The notes below the pieces were generated by a model. That model saw only the letters and a list, made by a program, of their open reading frames with translations, was not told the DNA's origin and made no database searches. Of a stretch of 64,000 nucleotides of DNA, positions 12,522 to 24,379 are shown in pieces. Made by a program: the position numbers and the translations under genes. The stretch's first letter is position 1, and every line of letters starts with the position of its first letter. Location: NCBI RefSeq assembly GCF_964204645.1, contig NC_134027.1, positions 1,706,485-1,770,484 of the forward strand, written 5' to 3'. The DNA comes from Tubulanus polymorphus. Its lineage: Eukaryota > Animalia > Nemertea.

Positions 12522-12839
12522 GGGAAGGCTAGGTGGGAGGGCATTGTGGGTGGGCCAGGTGGGAGGGCATTGTGGGTGGGCCAGGTGGGAGGGCATTGAG
12601 GGTGGGCCAGGTGGGAGGGCATTGAGGGCGGGCTAGGTGGGAGGGCATTGAGGGTGGGCCAGGCGGGAGGGCATTGAGGGTGGCCAGGCGGGAGGGAAGG
12701 GGTCCGGGAGGGCGGGAGGGAAGGGGTCCGGTAGGGGGGAGGGAAGGGGTCCAGGAGGGGGAGGGAAGGGGTCCGGGAGGGGGGAGGGAAGGGGTCTGGG
12801 AGGGCGGGAGGGAAAGGGTCCGGGAGGGTCGGGTCGGGA
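12522..12839 (+). repeat. G-rich minisatellite (~21-24 bp units) with G-quadruplex potential
   Basis: Units caggtgggagggcattgagggtgggc and gggagggaaggggtccgggagg. Confidence 0.9.
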
Positions 12840-13039
12840 GGTTAGGTGAGTAGGAATGTTCTGATGTTTTAGTTAGGCGGATGGGAATCTAATGGAAATG
12901 AGAGAACATTAAATCACTGTTCAATCACAGGATGAAGTAATGCAGTGATCTGTACTCTGTATCTGTACACAATGTTACATGTATCTGTAACTGTTCAATC
13001 GGTATGAAATAAGTAAACAGTTTAATCTACATAAATTCT
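12840..13039 (-). repeat. Right arm of ~200-bp inverted repeat (partner 8833-9033)
   Basis: Reverse complement of 8833-9033 with few mismatches. Confidence 0.92.
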
Positions 13040-13304
13040 GTACTGTTTCTGTCTGATTGATTGATAACATTGAGATGTTACATTCTGCTCTATTGTCACT
13101 GATTTATTTTTATTTTTCTTTTCAGAATGAAATAAATGCAATAGAATTTACTATTAAAACAGACTCATTTAAAAGTGGTAATTAATTTCTCTAGAGAATT
13201 CTTCTCAGTCTCTGTTGATGTTTTGAATTACCTTTGAACTTAAAGCTTAAGTTTTACTCCCATTTACAGGATGAGACACACACAGCAGCTGCAGCTACTT
13301 AGCT

Positions 13305-13307
<3 letters not shown>

Positions 13308-13396
<89 letters not shown>

Positions 13397-13421
13397 CCAC
13401 AGCAGCAGCAGCAGCAACACC

Positions 13422-13460
<39 letters not shown>

Positions 13461-13517
13461 CCAGCACCACCACCAGCAGCAGCAGCAGCAACAGCACCAG
13501 CACCACCACCAGCAGCA
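13308..13517 (+). repeat. (CAG)n microsatellite: pure run of roughly 28 units, then interrupted CAG/CAC
   Basis: Directly visible in the sequence. Confidence 0.97.
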
Positions 13518-16499
13518 CCGGGAACAATTGCGGCAGCGATAGCAGGTAAAACCTGGAAATTCATCATTGTTAGAGAACTGTTCTATATAAATTTTTCTAT
13601 CTGTTTTGTTTCCACCAATCAATCACTCAAAGATCACTGCTTAGTTTGAAGTGAGTTTTCAACTGTTAAAATGTATTTATTTCCTGATCAAAGTTGGAAT
13701 TATCAAGATCTTTATGTTTTCCATACATATTTTCAGTGAACAGATCTATGGAAGTTTTGGCGCCCAACAGTCAACCTCAAATACCGCTGGCTTAAAAACA
13801 TTGATGAATGGTGAGTTTTTGATTTCGTTGCTCTTATTTCATAACAACTTAACTGACAATTTCTAACACTAATACATTTGTTTTTAAGAGCTGAAATAAG
13901 TGAAACCCGTGAAAGAATCTGTGAACAGTAAACATTGGAATTCACTTCACATTAGTTAAAGATGGACATCGCTTTAGATCCTCAAAACAAAACAAGTACC
14001 GGTAAATATCTCGACAGATTCCAGTCTCTATAAAACTGTACATTTATAAACCTAGAAGCTACATTAATCAGTGAAGGTGAATTTCCAATCACTTCTATTC
14101 TGGTCAAAGTTCAAATTATCAAAATTATACAACTTTTGTATTCTAGGGCCTGAAATGAAGCTGAACTTGCAGTAAACATTGCGCTCTACAAACACAAGTC
14201 AGAAGTGGTGAGTTTCATATCGATTTATTGCTGTAATTTGTGGTGCTTTATCGGTTATAAACTATATTGTCTTATTTCAGGAGATATATCTTCAAATCAA
14301 GTCCGGAAAATGATGTGTTTTTAATCGGTCAGTGTTGGCAGGTATCAACGCTTTACTAGAGGATACAGTCTAAAGCTACCATCAAACACCTGAGAAATCT
14401 GCATACACTCAACACATTGTGGTAAACTACTCAAAAATCGGGTGGGTTTTCAGTCTGTTGAACCCAAACAAGCCACAGTTTCTATTTATTTCATTAATCA
14501 TTTTCAGGCTTAATTTTCTCTTTCCAGAATGTGATGCACCAAACACTAATTGGAGCTGGAGAAACTAAAAATATTCACCTTCAAATAGTGAAGAAACTTA
14601 TGTTGTTGCTGAAGCTGCTGTTATTTCTTTAAAACAAACTCAGTAATTTTCTCTACATAATTCAACCTAGTTTTCGCTTGTTATAAAACTTTACGGTTCA
14701 ATTATTTATTAAATTTATTTTTTTAGGAAATCATCAGTGCTCTTTACTTCATGACGTTATGGCTTTTGGAAGTGAAATCCTGCTAGAAATGGAAATTGTC
14801 TGCATGGTCAAAATGGCACTGAACTAATCCGATATGAGTTTGGAAGTGGTGAGTTTTTCATCACTCAACTTAGTGCTCTAATTTGATAATATTCAAACAA
14901 TTAATTATTCTGTAACGTTTGACGTGTGATTCTGTACTGTATGTGTGATTCTCCAGACTGCTGCTGCTGCTGCTGCTGCATCCCCATCAAATCTACCAGA
15001 AATCACTGTTGTCTTACAATATTCAAAACAAGTAAGAAAAATAGTTATTTTCCGAATAGTTCAGACACACTTGACATCCCTTTATTTTATTTATCTATTT
15101 TCTCTTTACAGAATAAAATCCATCCAGCGCCAGAATTTACAGCTTATAAGACCTGGTTAGAAACAAGTTCACCTCAAACGTATTGCTAGATCCTCCTCAC
15201 ATGCAGCCTGACAATTCTGCAAACAAGTGAAATGAAAGCTGTGAGTTTCAATATAAAACAACTCTTATTGCATAACAACTTAACTGACAATTTCAAACTA
15301 AAGTAATTTTCTCTATTTATAATTCAACCTGGTTCTTGCTTGTTATACAACTGCATGGTTCAATTATTTATTAATTTATTTTTTCAGGAAATGATCAGTT
15401 CCCTTAACTCTAAACTTTATGACATAGTGACTCTTGGAAGTGTAACCCTGCTAGAAATGGAAATTGTCTGCATGGTCAGAATGGCACTGAACTAATCCAA
15501 TAAGAGTTTGGAAGTGGTCAGTTTTGCTCTAATGTGATGTAATTTTGTAAATATGTTGCTGATTCTTTTCATAGTTTGATATTTTTTTGCAGCATGAAAT
15601 TTGTCCAACAGTTTTAGAACTATAACTCATCATTTCATGAAATAATTTCAGAAACTAATTTCCACTTGACGGTTAATTCAATCAAACATTGTCAATGTAA
15701 TATCTGCAGATGCAAGTTTTCTCTTATTCTAGGACGAAGTGGCGACTGATATTTCATTTGACAAGGTCAGGGACCAGCCATCTACCTGCAGATTGATATG
15801 CTGCCACTATTTCCGAGATCTGCAATTGTAAAGTTTAAAGTCAAATATATTACTGGTATTATATTGTGCTGGCTGGCACAAGCAGGCAACTGTTGTTCTT
15901 GTTTGTGATGGTTTCATAGAGTGCAGATATCCATAAAAACAATAGAGTTATCCCTTGATTTGTCTCTCAAAATTGTATTGTAATTTTTGCTAATGAATAG
16001 CCTGACCCGGGCATAGAATATATGATTTAAACCCTTCTATATACAAATTTAAAACATTAAAGGCGTAATCTATTCATCAAGAATCGAAATCAAGATAATA
16101 AAAGTAAATGAAGAAATAACTAGAACAACCTATGCACAAAATAACAAAACCTCTCAACCTAAGCACTTACTCTCCAGCTTTACTTCCCTCAATTAACTTG
16201 TTTTTCCCCTCTATTTTCCCTGTTTTAGTTATTTCTTCAAACTTCATGATGATTGCTAGAGAGACTCATAAATGTTGTTTCCTAATCCTTTCAAATTTGT
16301 GTAAGGTGGGTTTTAATTTTTACTGATTGAATATTAGGTTAAATATAGCTGCAAAGCAGTGATAATGGGTTATATGCCTTGCCAAGCTAATCACAATTGA
16401 GGTTATTAGAGAAAACCCTAATGATGGGCTTTCTGAGATGGATCAAGGGCATGAGATGAACGCACTCTATGTAACTGCATTAGTTTGTAATTGTTTGTA

Positions 16500-17330
16500 T
16501 CTCGGGACTCGGTTTCATTGATCTGGTTTTGTATTAGATTCGTATGATACTCATGTATTATGTAAATGGACATATTCTAAGTCACTCAATCAATGAAACC
16601 ATGACTTCAATTTGTAAATGTATAAACTTGTAAATGGACATTATTTTGTTAAATGGACATATTTTGTATGACTACGTCCCACAATCAATGAGACCAAAAT
16701 GTTGAAAAAAGTCGAAAGGTTTTCTTTATTGTGGGACTATAATATTTCGTGCGAACTGACGTTAATGTTTTATTTGAAATAAAGATGAATTTTCTGTGTT
16801 GTTCTAGTTATGAATACAGACGCCAGCAGTTTCACACACTCTGTGCGTCACATCCCACTGGTTCAGTTTCATAGAAATAATTTACTCGATTGAGTAAAGT
16901 CTTTTAAGAAATTGAGCCGAGGGTCCAGTTTCACAAACCAATTGCGTTCAAACGTTTTATTTTGAAAAAAGTCTGAATCAAAGTGACAATTCCATGGGGT
17001 CCTATCGACATGGAATTGTTGAATTGCAGTTTACCCTTGCCGGCTATGTGAAACGGATCACGTGGACCCGGTTTCATGAACATAGAACTCTAAAAATTGA
17101 TTCATCCTTTCTTCGTGAAACTGGACTCGAACTCAACTGAATCAAATACACTCGGTATTTAGTGTGCGAAACTGCAGCATCTAAAACTGATTGAAACCCT
17201 TTCGCATCAAAAACCAAATCCTACCTCGGGTATTCGGTTTCACAGATATGATAAACTTAACTTAACATGTTAATTTCTTTACAAATTCAGTTAAAAAAGT
17301 TGATCGTGTTTGTGAAAGCGGCCCCTGGTG
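16500..17330. mobile_element. Cluster of decayed short MITEs with GG(G/A)CC(A/G)GTTTCA-type termini (PIF/Harbinger-like)
   Basis: Repeated gggtccagtttcac / gtgaaactgg(a/g)c(t/c)c motifs in both orientations; same family as the intact copy at 43043-43150. Confidence 0.55.
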
Positions 17331-17751
17331 TTTAAATTGTTTATGTAGTCCGTCAGTCCCACGGATTCATACCATGGCATGCTAAGTTATCATTCTTACC
17401 CTGGCATGTAAGGATTCGTTGATTTATTCCCTAGGTGCGAGGGTTTCAATTCAATGCTTGACCACACCAATACCTTCTCAAAAAGGCAGGTGCTTTATGA
17501 CGACTAAAATTATTTACGTTTTTAATTTAAATGCCTTCGTATGATCAATGAGCAATTGTTAGCAAGTTTGTAAACCAATGCGGAATAAATAGGCAAATGT
17601 TGCTGTCTTGCGTTTATATTATATATTTTTCGAAAAAAACAAGCCAGAATATGCGTCTGGGATCTATAATCGGCACCTGGGTTCGAACCTAGGACATCTG
17701 CGTAGTTTATCAATGATGCTGTGATCACCATCTATTGGAATTTGGCTGAAC

Positions 17752-18256
17752 ATTTTAGTTTTATCAAAATTCACCGTGAGGCCGTTGTCGGCGCAATCTT
17801 CAAATAATGTATCTAAATGTGACTGGAGAAATTTCTCATCTTCAGCAAGAATGACTGTGTCATCCGCATCGATAATGAATAAGTTAAGTAAAGTCCCTAG
17901 TTCTGGGTCACAATTCACATTAAGCTTTTCAATATACGACAACGTTGATTAACCGCGCGTAGCAAAAAAGTCTTCAATAGCGTTTAAGAATAAGGAAAAT
18001 AGGATGGGTAATAAATCTTCACCTTGTCTTAAACCTCTATCAGCAGCAAAATAATGTGATGTGTTGCCGTTAAATTTAACACATGATTTCACTACGTTCA
18101 AAAAATTCCCCGTAATGCTACTCTCTATCAATTTTCTCCATAATGTAACCCGGCAAACCGAGTCGAAAGCCTTCTTAAAATCTACAAAGGCGCAAAAAAG
18201 TATTCTTCCTTGGCATAAGTATAATTCGACGATCGTTTTCAACGCGTAAACATGTG
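17752..18256 (-). mobile_element. Degraded non-LTR retrotransposon reverse transcriptase fragment
   Basis: Translations include CAFVDFKKAFDSV, GLRQGE..PILFSLFLN, ADDTVILA and GLTVNFDKTKM, interrupted by a stop/frameshift. Confidence 0.92.
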
Positions 18257-19018
18257 GATAAGATAAGATAAGATAAGATATTTATTTCACTCCAACCATA
18301 AGAATGGTACGTGGAGGCAAGATTGAATACAAAATATGAAATATACAAATTTACAAAACATGAACAGAATTATATACATATAGACAAAACAAAATAGGAA
18401 TTAACAAAATTTAAAATCTAATTTTCAGTAAAACTATTTACAGACAAAGCATGTACAGAGATTGAATTATATACAGCAAGATATATCACACGTATATACA
18501 CAATTTACTGGAGGGATTTGTATAAACTTAAACCTAACTGGATAAATTTAGCTATTTGTGGGGTAGGATTCCTTAATATTTCTAAGTTTCTGGACATACT
18601 TAAATGGATGGAATAATCACGCAGATCACTTAGCAAAGTGCAGTCATAAATGAAGTGACGCTCATCTCCTACGGTTTTACAGGCAGGGCACAGTCTTTCT
18701 CTTCTGTCTATATGAGCGTTCGATCGATTATTTACCGGTAATAAATAGGAACCAATTCTGAATTCGAATAAGCTATGCGCAAAACTTCCGTCAAGTTGAG
18801 TTATATATCTTTCAAGTTTAACATCGTTCTTATATAGTTTGAAATTAACATACTGCTGATCGTCATTCACTTTTTGAAGCATTTCTTGTACGTGTTGGTC
18901 ACGAAGGACTTGTTTCACGTACTTGGAAAGCGTTTTATAATTTTCCATGTATTGCTATGACCATATGTAAGATAAGCCAATGTCGTCAAATATTTTCTTT
19001 ATATACAATAACCAAGGA
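18257..19018 (-). mobile_element. LINE 3' end: ORF2 C-terminal Zn-knuckle region, 3' UTR and (TATCT)n tail
   Basis: PWLLYIKKIFDDIGLSYIW.. and ERLCPACKTVGDERHFIYDC; AATAAA followed by a short tandem-repeat tail at 18257-18280. Confidence 0.88.
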
Positions 19019-19574
19019 CAATGATGCTATGATCGCCATCTATTGGAATTTGGCCGAACTGACTAGACCAATCCATCGCATCAGTTCAGCCAAATTCCAA
19101 TAGATGGCGATCACGATAGAAATCTTGGAGAGTAATAAATTATCTTATCTTATCTTATCTTGATATCCTAGTTCGAGCCCACACACACCCGTACATCATC
19201 TATTCAGCACCAGGACCACTGAATCGGCAGTAGCAGTAATTACTGGGTTCGAACAAGCATTTGACTTTTCCAACCCCCCTCCCCTCTACGTTTATCATAT
19301 GCATTAAGCATTACAGTACGCAATTGCACTGACCCCTCCCCCTCCCCTAATGCGTCTATTAGAGCAATCATTCATCAGTTGACAACTGCAATTAATTGCC
19401 ACAGTTCAGACTGAAATTTATCGAAGTAACTCGTAAATGTAAGTCGTACTCATTAGTCGTGACCCTTGAGGAATTGAAGTGCCATGATCGCCCCTCGGCT
19501 GGCCGACCCTCTAAGAGCGCAGAGCTATAGGCCGTCTATAACACTCGTGTGTAAAATTGTTCACGGCCTTGTGG

Positions 19575-19779
19575 CAGTCCCGTACCAGTGAATGTGACCC
19601 AACCCACGCGCCTTACAGGTCGTGGCCATCCCCTCCGTTTCATGGCCATAAGAGCAACACGTGACTGCTACAAGTACTCTTTCTTTCCAAAAAACAATAG
19701 CCCGATGGAATACTCTCCCTGCATCAGTTGTCCTGACCCAGTCACCTGAATCCTTCAGGAAGCCGGTATCGTGGCACAC
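19575..19779 (+). mobile_element. CR1/L2-like LINE ORF2 C-terminal remnant
   Basis: Reads ..DCYKYSFFPK../TIARWNTLPASVV..SPESFRK with a frameshift, matching the typical YSFFPRTI..WNxLP motif. Confidence 0.7.
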
Positions 19780-20000
19780 CCCTAGATTTATTCCAAAATC
19801 CGAATAAGTGTTTTTAAAATGTACATTATCTCTTAAATGCATAAATAAATATACAATGTACATTATCAGGTTTAATAATTATTATAAATCGGATTTTCTA
19901 TGCACACTCTCTTTCTTTCTCTTCTAACAACACAGACGTGCACGCTCCAAAAAATACTCGAGAATGCGAGTGTGCTGGAGTATTTAAATGAATGAATGAA
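19780..20000 (-). mobile_element. Short non-autonomous interspersed element, copy 2
   Basis: Reverse complement of 8111-8290 with a small internal indel. Confidence 0.7.
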
Positions 20001-21069
20001 TTCCATCCGATCTTTTTTCTGACTGCGAGACCAGTCTATTCGACGGACTATCCTCGCTTACCAGGGCTTGATTACTTCCTGATTTTGGAATAGACTGGTA
20101 CTGCAGCTGCAATTCCGGCAACCAGTCTAATTTGCCCATAATGAAATTGAACATCCTCCGACACTGACTAGAACCACATGCACGATATTAAAGCCCATTC
20201 GATAAAAAATGACTAGTCACTTTCAATAAGATGCAAATTAATAGTTTAATAATAGCTGAAATACATGATACGACAAAATGAATATTCAAACATTGTATTT
20301 AAATTTCTATGGAATAATAAATGTTCAAATCAAATAACTTCACATCACAAAACAATTGCAATATACTCCATGGTGGAAGATGAAATAATAACTACATATG
20401 AAAATAACATCACGGCAGCCTTCCAGTAACTACCTTACTGGGACTGTACAGACCACACAAATGTATCATAGTCCACCCATACTTCACTTACTGGGACATT
20501 GGACCACACAAATTCAACATTCAATTCACTGTCATACACACAAGCTACATACAAACATACATACTTAGCAGACTATACAATTCAATGGCAATAGTTAGAG
20601 TTTGAATGTCAGAAATCAAGAAATGGAGTCAACATTTAAATTCAGGAGCAGTTTGTCAAATTGGCCCGAAGTCTACCGTAAATATCACGATTAGAACAAT
20701 GTACAGTTATCTTCTTACAGCGGTTCTATAGATCCGATCTTATCATGCTAAGTTAATAGTGAGTAATATTCATATCAAACAGCATCGCAATATTTTACAG
20801 TTTCAAAGATTCATTACACGTTAATCTACAAGAGACATCAATCATCTCTGTACAGTGTTCCGCACTACACTATTGTGTTGTACTTAGTCCACTGAATTAC
20901 TCTACGCTGTAGTATTGTAGTTAGTCTCTGATCTGCACTACACTGTAGCTTTGTAGTTAGTCAGTTTTATCTTCACTATGCTGTAGCAAGTCACTGATAT
21001 GCAGCACTGTAGTTTTCCAGTTAGTCCATTGTTCTGCACTACAATGTAGTGTTGAGTGTTGTAGTTAGT

Positions 21070-24069
21070 TCACTGTTGCGCCGATGAAGTCTTACTCGTT
21101 ACTTTAGTGGATATACTAGGAGTGAGAAGAGCGTCATCAGTAGAGTTTGATTTAATCCACGGATCTTGTAAAACTTCACTAAGCGGTAAACGTTTGCTCG
21201 GATCATGACGTAATAACTGAAAACAAATCATCAATAAATTAACATGTGCGACAATTCAACAAGTTAGTTCAAAATGTACACAAAACTTTGCTGATTTTCG
21301 ATCAATCATTCCCATTTCAGCAATTCATGCATGTAGGAAGAGATCAATTTTTGAATGGCCTCTTCATACAGATACTTTTTGATATCTTCAATATTGAACA
21401 AATTTTGAACTTGCACAAAAAGATTATAAAGAGCTTAATCAAAATCAAAATGGCGCAAGATGTTTTAGCTATGAGATTTAACTTCAAGACAAAAACTTTG
21501 AGATTGTTAGTTAAGCATTTTTGAATGGCAAACTATTATCATCATAATTTGAACAAACCTTTGAAACTAAATCTCTAGCAGGCTGACAGACGTGTGAAGG
21601 GAAATGTAATTCAACTCGTGCAATTCTACGGTACGTGTCAGTATGTGAATCAGCTTCAAACGGTGGTTTACCAACTAAAAACTCATAACACAAAACTCCC
21701 AGACTCCATAAATCCACTTTTTCGTCGTGTGTCTTGCCTTCTATCATTTCAGGCGGCAGATAATCTAAAGTTCCGCATAATGTGGCTCTCCTGCAGAGAA
21801 ATATCACGTTCATATCAATTAGATACTGGAATGAAATCTGGACACAGTTCCACAGTTGCGAGTTAAGATTTTTACTCTAGACTCATGAGCTAAAAAAACA
21901 TCGAAAATGAACTGGTTTTAACCGGATTCTAAACCACAATGTAGAACTGGATCCCGTTGCAGATCAGTGTATTTAATCCGACAGTTTTATACCTGGATGA
22001 CGGAGCGTGGACCGACCAACCGAAATCAGCTATTTTTAATTCTCCTTTCAAACCGAGAAGTAAATTCTCTGGTTTTATATCTCTGTGAATAACTTTTTTA
22101 CTGTGACAGTAAGCTAACGCTTTGCTCAGTTGCGCAATATACTGAAATTGTGAAAAAAAATCCATTTTATACGACGGACACGACAGGGACTCATTTCTGG
22201 GAGCATTCATTTATTATGTATAATGACACACTACTGCCGAGACCACAAGCTCATTCAAATTTAAACTAAGGCTAAACAAAAATGATACCTTGTTTCTCCG
22301 CAGCGGCCGGGTAATTTTTGTAAAATATGATAAAATTTATAAACAGTTCATTTCTATAGCGGCCGGGTCTGTTATGGTGAAATTGATCACGATTTTAAAA
22401 ATAGTAATGTATAGGGTAGATAGGCGGCCGGCCGGGTCAACATTTAAGCTCAGCAGAGCGGAGAAACAAGGTATCAATTTTTTTTGGCCTAATCGCTAGA
22501 TAACATCTTTATATATGATAACGTGTGTAAGGCATGTTATTATCAGTTTCTACAATGAATTATCTTCCGACACATACACAAAAGAAGCAGCAGCCAGTAG
22601 AGTTTATTAATGATATTCTTAAACCGCAATACTTTCGATATCAAAATCTGCCTTAGAAAATATGTAATGCATAACACAAGCTATGACCATTGTCTATATT
22701 TTGCATACATACTCAATGAACGTTTGATATATTGATTTTATTGTACATACAGATGCAGTTCTTCTGTCGTCGAACCTCTGAAATTTCTGTAATTCTTTGT
22801 ATAATTCTCCACGTGGGGCGTATTCCAATATCAAATAAACTCTCGTCTCGTCGTAGAAATATCCGTATAATCGCAATATATTTGGATGTCTGTAAATAGA
22901 AGCAGCAATTCGGATTAATATCAATCAATACAGCTGCAGGTCGGACTATTGATGATTTGAAGTTTCGATTAAGCCTTCCTTATTTTCGAAACGAATTTTA
23001 TTTTTACATATTTTTTGCCATCAAAGTAAAACAACATTTAATCAATTATACTGATCACAGTCCAGACAGATTTCTAAAAATTTTCTACACCTCAACACAA
23101 CTTGTGCATAAATTCTTAGCTCCACATTTGGTATAAAAACTTTGATGATCCAGATATTCTGAATTTTTCACATATTTTCATAGTTTTTAAATTTTTTTAG
23201 CCGAAATCCATTTTCACATTTTTTCACATTATTTCCATCTGATGCAGTTTGATTCAGTCGTCAGTCTCAGAAAACAACTCACCTCAAATGTGACTGTATT
23301 TCTATTTCCCTTCTCAACTGATGTTCGACTCCAGCATTTTGTAGTTGAGATTTGAAAAGTACCTACAATCGACATCATAAACAACTTCGGTAAATTACAA
23401 ATCAGTTTCGGTTTTAGAGTTTTTCAGTATTAATCGAATACTTACCTTTAGCGCAACAATGAATTTACTCTTTTTTTCCCGAGCTAGATAGACATGTCCG
23501 AATTTTCCTTTACCGAGTGGTCTACCGATGTCGAAATCACTGAGCTCCCATCTTTTCCTGTGAAATGGATTCAATCATTGATCAGATCAGACATTAGCAA
23601 TCCTAAGATATGCATTTCAAGAATCAGTTTCACAAAAAGGAATTCCTTAGCCTAATTAACTTTAAGAAACTGAATTACTACAGGCCCTAAGACAACCCCC
23701 CCCCCCACGCCAGCTTGCTTGGTGATACAAATTTGGCCCCAGTTCCTCAAAAAGATTCAAATCTTAAAATCAATTTCTTCGCTAGTTCAGTTTAAGTAAA
23801 ATTGATTTAGAACAAAGGAGTAATCCTTTATAAGAACCAGGCCTCGGATGGCTGATATCTTACATGGCTCCTGGTTTTTTGCCGCTGTTTTCACCACCAC
23901 CACATTCCGCACTCGCAGGAGCTCGTAATGACTGACTGCTGGTTGTTTCAGGAGTGGCTGCCGCAGGAGCTGCTTTAGATTGTTTCTTTTCCCCCGACTG
24001 AGGACCATGAAGGCTATCAGCTTTCACATTTGGTTGAATTGTTTTCAGAACTCGCTTAGCTTCCATCAT
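21070..24069 (-). CDS. Aurora kinase (A/B family), ~7 coding exons
   Basis: [105 protein letters not shown]; stop TGA at 21070-21072. A versus B orthology cannot be resolved by eye. Confidence 0.96.
22270..22489. mobile_element. PIF/Harbinger (Tourist-like) MITE in an Aurora intron
   Basis: ~30-bp TIRs GGCTAAACAAAAATGATACCTTGTTTCTCC / GGAGAAACAAGGTATCAATTTTTTTTGGCC with a TAA target-site duplication on both sides. A related copy lies at ~30826-31038. Confidence 0.85.
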
Positions 24070-24266
24070 CTAGAATATAAACAAGCAACCTTACTTCCTT
24101 TCATTTTCCGTGGGCGTGAATTCCATATATTTTGATGGATTATTTGACGAGCTTTTTGAGGCCTGTTTGTCTCCACAAATCAAACAGTGAATAGCACAAA
24201 TAATATAAAATTACACCTTACTATTCAATATCTAAATTCTTGATCGGAAAACACCTCAAAATTGAC

Positions 24267-24379
24267 TTTGAAATCCTTTTAAAAAGGGCCAAGAATAAAT
24301 GAATGTGGCAAAACCTTTCGAATTTGGCACCTCGTAGTTGATTGGTGGATAATGACTTTGTAACAACTGTTTTGATTGG
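24267..24379 (-). promoter_or_regulatory. Putative G2/M-type promoter of Aurora kinase (two CCAAT boxes plus CHR-like sites)
   Basis: ATTGG at 24341 and 24375 (34 bp apart), TTCGAA at 24317 and TTTGAA at 24267, at or just upstream of the non-coding first exon. Confidence 0.45.

Larger units (their letters stand above)
7540..16102 (+). ncRNA. Candidate multi-exon lncRNA (or decayed gene) divergent from VIRMA
   Basis: A chain of pyrimidine-tract-AG / GT(A/G)AGT-like signals defines putative exons ..7608, 7685-7853, 13126-13177, 13270-13545, 13737-13810, 13889-14001, 14147-14207, 14281-14441, 14528-14642, 14727-14848, 14957-15031, 15112-15240, 15388-15516 and 15733-.., with AATAAA at 16097-16102. 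There is no long ORF. Linkage of the 7.6 kb exons to the 13-16 kb exons is inferred. Confidence 0.5.

Noticed and set aside
13264-13622. PolyCys/polyLeu/polyAla ORFs on the minus strand
   Set aside because: These are translations of the CAG/CTG microsatellite.
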